This document shows positions 9,295 through 15,078 of a DNA stretch of 20,000 nt, piece after piece. The stretch is from an uncultured Rhodopirellula sp. GTDB taxonomy: Bacteria; Planctomycetota; Planctomycetia; Pirellulales; Pirellulaceae. The stretch spans positions 112,460-132,459 of the forward strand of contig CAXGAI010000009.1 of assembly GCA_964007735.1 (NCBI GenBank), written 5' to 3'. The notes under the pieces are model-generated. The model worked only from the letters and a program-made list of their open reading frames with translations, was not told the origin of the DNA and did not search any database. Each line of letters opens with the position of its first letter. The stretch's first letter is position 1. A program made the translations under genes and the position numbers.

Positions 9295-9323
9295 ATTGTA
9301 AGATTTGCGATATAGAATGCCAG
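9295..9323 (-). promoter_or_regulatory. Possible sigma70-type promoter for the Gfo/Idh/MocA gene
   Basis: Minus strand reads CTGGCA-N17-TACAAT, with the -10 element at 9295-9300, about 60 nt upstream of ATG 9236. Confidence 0.3.
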
Positions 9324-9337
9324 CGGGCATCGCAGGT

Positions 9338-10312
9338 CTACTGAAAGCGAATACCAGATTTCAATTGATAACCGCGTAAAAATTCACCGGCTGTCATCAC
9401 CCGTTTACCAGCTGGCTGAACCTCTAATAGCCGAATACTTCCTGACCCACACGCCACAACGAGGGTGTCATTTTCAGCAATAATTACTTCTCCTGCAGAA
9501 TGTCCTTCAGGTTCTGAAAGTCCCTCTCTCTCAATCGACTCAGAAATTGACAGTTGCGAAATAATCAAACGCATCGGCTGTTTCCCCCGATCCCATACCG
9601 TAAAACTGCCCGGCCAGGGCTGGACACCATGATGATTATTCAGAATCTCTTTCGCACTCTTTTTCCAGTCGATCAATCCATGGTTCTTCGTAAGGCGTGG
9701 AGCTTTGGTTATACCAGCCGGGTCCTGAATTTCACCAATCGCTGTCTGCTCATCCCACTTGTCCAGCAATCTAATTGCCTGAAGGACTGCTGGCGCCCCC
9801 AGTGTTGCAAGCCGCGTTTCCAAAGTCTCAGCATTATCGTTCGCCTCAATCGGAGTCTCCATCTGAACCAATGAGGGACCGCCATCCAATTTAGGGGTCA
9901 TATGAATGACCGTGATACCTGTGGTTAACTCACCGTTAATGACTGCCCACTGCACAGGTGCTGCCCCCCGGTATTTTGGCAAAAGGGATCCATGAAGGTT
10001 AATCCCGCCAAAACGAGTCGTTGCCAGTGCCTCACGGTTGAGAATCTGACCATAGTCACAGACAACCATCAAGTCTGCCGCATAAGACTGTAATTGTGCT
10101 ATCGCATCCGGAGTATTGATTGATTCCGGCGCCCATACCTCGATGCCAACCGACTCTGCAACTTCACGCATCGGATTTGAAGGAGGTTGTTTTCGGCCTC
10201 GGACGGGTCTTGCAGGTCGAGTCACAACGATAGGGACATCATGCCCATCCCTCAGGATCGCCTGAAACATCGGAACAGCAAATGGCCCCGTCCCCATAAT
10301 GATCAATCGCAT
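9338..10312 (-). CDS. fmt: Methionyl-tRNA formyltransferase
   Basis: MRLIIMGTGPFA, VVTRP, NLHGSLLPKYRGAAPVQWA, LDGG, VQPAGKRVM; directly downstream of def. Confidence 0.97.
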   Translation of the reverse strand: MRLIIMGTGPFAVPMFQAILRDGHDVPIVVTRPARPVRGRKQPPSNPMREVAESVGIEVWAPESINTPDAIAQLQSYAADLMVVCDYGQILNREALATTRFGGINLHGSLLPKYRGAAPVQWAVINGELTTGITVIHMTPKLDGGPSLVQMETPIEANDNAETLETRLATLGAPAVLQAIRLLDKWDEQTAIGEIQDPAGITKAPRLTKNHGLIDWKKSAKEILNNHHGVQPWPGSFTVWDRGKQPMRLIISQLSISESIEREGLSEPEGHSAGEVIIAENDTLVVACGSGSIRLLEVQPAGKRVMTAGEFLRGYQLKSGIRFQ

Positions 10313-10330
10313 GACTTGTGTATCCGTCAG

Positions 10331-10912
10331 TTACTTACAGAACTTTGCTTCCCATTCAGCTAACTTTTGATAGACTGCCTGTTCATCAGGAATGAGTCCA
10401 TCCGTTAACTTGGAACGGTATTCAATCTCGAACTCCTCGATCTCACCCTGAATTGCCTGAAGGTTATGCTCTACCATTCGGTCAGTAAACATCACTCCAT
10501 CCAAATGATCTGTTTCATGCTGAACCACCCGGGCCATAAAATCGTCCAGATCCAGACTGATAGCTTGACCGTCAATACTAAATGCTTCGACGTGAATACT
10601 CTTGGCACGATTTACCGCGCCGTAAACACCTGGCAAACTTAGGCACCCTTCATCAGCGACCTCATTGCCTGTTCCTTTGCTAATCACTGGATTAATGAAT
10701 ACAAATTCTTCACCCTCGCCCTCGGCACCACTGGGATTAGCCACAAATAACCTTAATGGCAAATTAACCTGGTTGGCAGCTAAACCAACGCCTTTAGCCT
10801 CATACATTAACTCAAACATTTCAGCCACAATCGCTTTCAATTCAGCATTGATGCGCATGACCGGCTTCGACTCATATTTTAAAGTGGGATGTGGATGGGT
10901 GATGATTTCCAT
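10331..10912 (-). CDS. def: Peptide deformylase
   Basis: All three deformylase motifs are present: GVGLAANQV, EGCLS, QHETDHLDG. Adjacent to fmt. Confidence 0.97.
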   Translation of the reverse strand: MEIITHPHPTLKYESKPVMRINAELKAIVAEMFELMYEAKGVGLAANQVNLPLRLFVANPSGAEGEGEEFVFINPVISKGTGNEVADEGCLSLPGVYGAVNRAKSIHVEAFSIDGQAISLDLDDFMARVVQHETDHLDGVMFTDRMVEHNLQAIQGEIEEFEIEYRSKLTDGLIPDEQAVYQKLAEWEAKFCK

Positions 10913-11000
10913 GATTGAATTCGAACTGACTAAGGTGACTTCCTCTAACGTTTCGACCTTTAGAACTTAGCATTGATGCATCTTGGCTGAAAGTCCCCGG

Positions 11001-11019
11001 GGAACCGCCTTCGGGTTCC
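11001..11019. other. GC-rich stem-loop in the def / vWA-operon divergent intergenic region
   Basis: GGAACC (11001-11006), loop GCCTTCG, GGTTCC (11014-11019). Flanking CC/GG can extend the stem after a 2-nt bulge. Confidence 0.45.
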
Positions 11020-11084
11020 GGAAGAAATATGCAACGGAAAATCTTTTTGAATAGTTCCATACATAAACTCTGATTGATTCGTTC

Positions 11085-11112
11085 TTCGAATCTGATTTTC
11101 CATCCCTATAAT
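11085..11112 (+). promoter_or_regulatory. Candidate sigma70 promoter for the vWA-ExbBD-TPR operon
   Basis: Perfect TATAAT at 11107-11112, ending 43 nt before GTG 11156. The -35 is weak (TTCGAA at 11085-11090, 16 nt spacer). Confidence 0.4.
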
Positions 11113-11155
11113 AGAAGCAACCGCCAATCCACATTAATTTCACTGGCAAAACCTT

Positions 11156-12253
11156 GTGACAAAGTCCGACGTATCAACAATCGAAGAACCTCTTTCTGAT
11201 CGTTCTCCTCTGGAAGGCAGTGAGCTACCGGAGAATCAGGGAGAATTACTTGCCGATCTCAGTGACACCGATGAAATGTTCTATTACGAAAACGGGCATA
11301 ATTCAGCGGTCTTCATCTCAGCCGGAATACACTGTTTGATTTTTGTTCTTTTGATCTACACCTGGAAAACGACGTTCTTCAAGGGAGCGGCGGAAGAGCA
11401 AACGGCGGAGGGTGGCATTGTATTAGTCAACAACTCGTCTGAAAGTCCGACCTATCATCAAAATCCAAACGAACAGAATATGCAGGACACCTCTCAGGCC
11501 GCGGCATCCTTAAGCGAACTTGTCGAGGAAGCCACTCAGGAAGATGCCTTTTCAGATTTAGAGCTACCGGGTGGCCTGCCTGATGCCAGTGCGCAGCCCG
11601 TAATCGAAACCAATGGTAGTAGCGAGAGTGCACTGCCAACACTGGAAGAGTTAACCAATAATAAAACTTCAACCGGCGGGGATTACGGAAAAGTTGAAAC
11701 CGGCGTTTTTGGTATCAAAGGTAAAGGCTCTCGGTTTATCTATGTCTTTGACCGATCTGCCTCCATGTCTGGCTATCAGGGCCGCCCAATCGATGCGGCA
11801 CAGCAACAACTACTTGCGAGCCTGGAAGATCTAAAGGAAAACCATCAATTCCAAATTATCTTCTACAACGAATATCCTTCCATTTTTAATCCATTTTCCC
11901 CATCTCCACCCAAGCTGCTGTATGGAAATCCCCTCAACCGCAAACAAGCTGTTGAGTTTGTTGAAAACATTGAACCAAGCGGACAGACCAATCACATTGC
12001 CGCTCTTAAAATTGCTCTCAACATGAAGCCAGACGTTATCTTTTTTCTGACCGATGCAGATGAACCTCAATTGACAACCGAAGAACTCGCCTTCATCACA
12101 AATCGCAATGACGGAGTAGGTGCCTCAATCAATTGCATTCAATTTGGTGTCGGAAAATATCTGGGCGCCAAGAACTTTTTAATGCGACTAGCAGATCTCA
12201 ATGGTGGTCAATACAGCTATGTCGACTTGAATAAACTCCGGTCGATACGTTAA
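11156..12253 (+). CDS. Membrane-anchored vWA-domain protein with a TonB/TolA-like transmembrane anchor
   Basis: Single TM segment AVFISAGIHCLIFVLLIYTW, an acidic low-complexity linker, then a vWA domain: FIYVFDRSASM (MIDAS DxSxS), FQIIFYN, GQTNH (T), DVIFFLTDA (D), INCIQFG, LADLNGGQY. Alternative start at ATG 11276. Confidence 0.85.
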   Translation: MTKSDVSTIEEPLSDRSPLEGSELPENQGELLADLSDTDEMFYYENGHNSAVFISAGIHCLIFVLLIYTWKTTFFKGAAEEQTAEGGIVLVNNSSESPTYHQNPNEQNMQDTSQAAASLSELVEEATQEDAFSDLELPGGLPDASAQPVIETNGSSESALPTLEELTNNKTSTGGDYGKVETGVFGIKGKGSRFIYVFDRSASMSGYQGRPIDAAQQQLLASLEDLKENHQFQIIFYNEYPSIFNPFSPSPPKLLYGNPLNRKQAVEFVENIEPSGQTNHIAALKIALNMKPDVIFFLTDADEPQLTTEELAFITNRNDGVGASINCIQFGVGKYLGAKNFLMRLADLNGGQYSYVDLNKLRSIR

Positions 12254-12279
12254 CCTTCCGTTTTGAACTTCAGGAATCC

Positions 12280-13380
12280 GTGGTAGTGAATATGGGTAGG
12301 GAATCTAATTCCGGACGAAGCTTACTAAGGCTTGGTGTCATCAGTTTCTACTATGCTATGCTTGCCAGCACTATTCATGCGCAGACACCTTCACCGGACG
12401 TTGTAACCATCTTCAATAACAAAACCAAGAAGATGCAAACGTACCGAGGTACTATCGTTAGCTATGACTACGATGAGCTCAAACTGCAATTAGTCTCCGG
12501 ACGAGAACAATTAGTGCCTTCCTCTCAAATCAGTAATATCTCTAGCAAGTGGAATGCGGACTATATTGCCGCTGAAGGCTATATGTTTGAACGACGATTT
12601 GAGCGGGCATCCATCAGTTTTCGTCAGGCGTATAGCAAGGAAGCTCGCCAATGGGTTAAACATCGCATCACCGCCAAAATTATTCAATGTGAACAGAATA
12701 TGGGGGATTGGCATAAGGCTGCCAATCAATTTTTCGATGTTCTACTAAGCCAGCAATCGAATACCCCTTATTTAACGGCGGCACCAATCGTGTGGCATCC
12801 GCTCACCTCTTCCGGTGAACTACTTCACCGAGGGCGCGAATTAATGAAAGCTGAAAATCCACTTAAACAACTCGTGGGAGCCAGCTGGTTATTCTCCTCA
12901 CCGTATAACGATGAGGCCCTGATTCTGTTTAAGCAACTCGAGCAACACTCAGATCGGTCGATTGCACTGCTGGCTGCGGCTCAGCTTTGGCGCAGTAAGA
13001 CACCATTAGCCAAGCCCGAGGATGTTACCTACTGGGATCAGGCGGTCACAGAACTCCCGAAAGAACTCCGCGCGGGACCTCTTTACATTGTGTCGCTGAT
13101 GAAACGCCGACTGGATATGGAAGAAGAAGCCGTGCTGACCATGATGCGAATACCTATTCTATATCCATCCCAACATCATCTTGCATCCGAAGCAGTTCAT
13201 GCAGCGGTCAAGGAATTGATGGATATGGCTCAATACGATGAAGCACTCAACTTATGCAAAGAATTGGCTGCAAATTACAGTGACACCACCGCAGGTACTC
13301 AGGCAAAACGATTAGAATCGTCTATCCATTCACGTATCAAAGCACGCAATGCAATAAAACAGGAAGGAGATTCGTCGTGA
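12280..13380 (+). CDS. Secreted TPR/helical-repeat protein with a small N-terminal beta domain and a CpoB/YbgF-like C-terminal TPR
   Basis: Signal-like region ending ASTIHA-Q (start may be ATG 12292). Beta-rich segment DVVTIF..YRGTIVSYDYDELKLQLVSGREQLVPSSQISNI, then helical repeats. C-terminus MRIPILYPSQHHLASEAV..YDEALNLCKELAANYSDTTAGTQAKRL. Confidence 0.7.
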   Translation: MVVNMGRESNSGRSLLRLGVISFYYAMLASTIHAQTPSPDVVTIFNNKTKKMQTYRGTIVSYDYDELKLQLVSGREQLVPSSQISNISSKWNADYIAAEGYMFERRFERASISFRQAYSKEARQWVKHRITAKIIQCEQNMGDWHKAANQFFDVLLSQQSNTPYLTAAPIVWHPLTSSGELLHRGRELMKAENPLKQLVGASWLFSSPYNDEALILFKQLEQHSDRSIALLAAAQLWRSKTPLAKPEDVTYWDQAVTELPKELRAGPLYIVSLMKRRLDMEEEAVLTMMRIPILYPSQHHLASEAVHAAVKELMDMAQYDEALNLCKELAANYSDTTAGTQAKRLESSIHSRIKARNAIKQEGDSS

Positions 13381-14162
13381 GGCGATTTAACTGGCTAACT
13401 ACGATAGCTGCCACGGGCTTGGTTTTCGGACTTATGTTTCAGGTAAAGGCTATCGCACAGGACGGAGTCCCATCCAAAGTCCAATCAACTGGTTTTACGG
13501 ATATCATCTTTTCCGGAGGGATTACCGGACTGGCGATTCTGATTCTGTTGCTTTGCTTGTCGCTGACAGCACTGTATCTGGTAATCGATCATTTACTGAC
13601 ACTTCGTGCCAAAGACATCATGCCTACCGGATTAGGTGTACAGCTTAGAGAACTGTTGATTGCTGGTAAGTACCGCGAAGCCGATACCTTGTGTCGAGAG
13701 AATCCCTGTGTTTTGACGTTCGTTATCAGCCATGGGCTGGGTGAAATGGAAGGTGGCTGGGAAGCGATAGAAAAAGCGATGGAAGATGCCATGGCAGAGC
13801 AGTCAGCCCGGCTCTTTCGAAAAATCGAGTACCTCTCAGTGATTGGCAACATCGCACCAATGGTAGGCCTGCTCGGTACTGTTACTGGAATGATCTTTGC
13901 TTTTCAACAGGTCGCAACCACGCAAGGCGCTGCTGGCGCTGGAGATCTTGCCGAAGGGATTTATCAGGCTTTGGTAACCACTGTTGGTGGATTAATTGTC
14001 GCTATTCCATCTCTTGGAGCATTTGCGATCTTTAGAAATCGAGTCGATCACTTAGTTGCTGAAGCTTCTTATGTAGTTCAACATACGATCGCCCCTATCA
14101 AACGGCGAGCTCGTGGTACGACCGCTCCAACACCACCCACTCCCTCTCCTAAGCAAGACTAA
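13377..14162 (+). CDS. exbB: MotA/TolQ/ExbB proton channel family protein
   Basis: LSVIGNIAPMVGLLGTVTGMIFAF and LAEGIYQALVTTVGGLIVAIP are the family's TM2/TM3 signatures. GTGA overlap with the upstream gene. exbB versus tolQ cannot be resolved from sequence alone. Confidence 0.92.
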   Translation: MRRFNWLTTIAATGLVFGLMFQVKAIAQDGVPSKVQSTGFTDIIFSGGITGLAILILLLCLSLTALYLVIDHLLTLRAKDIMPTGLGVQLRELLIAGKYREADTLCRENPCVLTFVISHGLGEMEGGWEAIEKAMEDAMAEQSARLFRKIEYLSVIGNIAPMVGLLGTVTGMIFAFQQVATTQGAAGAGDLAEGIYQALVTTVGGLIVAIPSLGAFAIFRNRVDHLVAEASYVVQHTIAPIKRRARGTTAPTPPTPSPKQD

Positions 14163-14196
14163 ATAGAGATTATTAGTTAATCGGTAGTTGTTCACG

Positions 14197-14622
14197 ATGC
14201 AAATTCCAAGCTACGCCAGATCGAAAGAAGTCGGCTTTAATATGACGCCCATGATCGACGTCGTATTTCTGCTGATCATCTTCTTTCTTGTTTCCAGCCA
14301 TTTGGCAAAGCAGGAAGCTCAGATGGATATCGACCTGCCGAATGCTGAGTCAGGTCTGGAATCCGAACCAAGCACGAATCCTCGGATTGTGATCAACGTC
14401 ACTCGTTCCGGACAACTCCTCATTAGCGGGCGCCGAGTTTCCGAAGCACAAATCGAGGATAGACTGGCGGAGCATGTCACCAACAACGGAGCAAATATCG
14501 AAGTTCGAATCCGTAGCGACCGCCAGATTCCCTTTGTTCAAGTAAGACCTGTCATGTTGGCATGCGCCAAAATGGGGATCTGGAATGTGTCGTTCTCTGT
14601 CTATCCAACGGACGAAGGATAA
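14197..14622 (+). CDS. exbD: ExbD/TolR family protein (copy 1)
   Basis: FNMTPMIDVVFLLIIFFLV with the essential TM Asp, IDLP, VRIRSDRQIPF..V..VM..C. ATG 14197 is preferred over TTG 14188. Confidence 0.92.
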   Translation: MQIPSYARSKEVGFNMTPMIDVVFLLIIFFLVSSHLAKQEAQMDIDLPNAESGLESEPSTNPRIVINVTRSGQLLISGRRVSEAQIEDRLAEHVTNNGANIEVRIRSDRQIPFVQVRPVMLACAKMGIWNVSFSVYPTDEG

Positions 14623-14628
14623 CAGCAA

Positions 14629-15078
14629 ATGAAACGCCCATCCATTTTTAACGGCGGTCGCCGAGAATTAGAAATCAAAATGACGCCGATGATCGACGTC
14701 GTGTTTCTCCTTTTGGTATTCTTTGTTTGGACTGCTAGTTTTCAGGCCGTCGAGTATCTGCTGCCAAGTTCTTTAAGTCAAAAACAGGGGTCGGGACAAA
14801 CGGTTAATCTGGACCAACCACCGCCGGAAATCGAGTTTGAAGATATCGTTGTTCGTATTTCCTATGTGGACAAGCGCCCCGCCTGGTCGGTCAATGGCCA
14901 GCCAGTTGGAAGTCTCAACGATGTCCGCGAACGATTAGCACTAGTGGCTGACATCAAAACAGATTCACCTGTGATTCTTCACCCTGACGAATCCGTCCCT
15001 GTGGGAAACGTGATTGACGTCTACGATGCCACCCGTCTGGCTGGCTTTACACAAATTCAATTCGCCATTGCTGAATGA
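14629..15078 (+). CDS. exbD: ExbD/TolR family protein (copy 2)
   Basis: IKMTPMIDVVFLLLVFFVW with the TM Asp, PVILHPDESVPVGNVIDVYDATRLAGFTQIQF. Confidence 0.92.
   Translation: MKRPSIFNGGRRELEIKMTPMIDVVFLLLVFFVWTASFQAVEYLLPSSLSQKQGSGQTVNLDQPPPEIEFEDIVVRISYVDKRPAWSVNGQPVGSLNDVRERLALVADIKTDSPVILHPDESVPVGNVIDVYDATRLAGFTQIQFAIAE

Noticed and set aside
9317..9330. Hairpin ATGCC-AGCG-GGCAT after the fmt stop as a terminator
   Set aside because: A 5 bp stem with no real U-tract is too weak to call.
10665..11149. ORFs 10665..10970 (+), 10872..11060 (-) and 10967..11149 (-) as leader peptides or small genes
   Set aside because: They overlap def or the promoter region and show no motif or convincing RBS.
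14242..14710. About 30 bp imperfect direct repeat as a CRISPR or mobile-element repeat
   Set aside because: Only two copies, both encoding the conserved ExbD TM motif MTPMIDVVFL; explained by paralogy.
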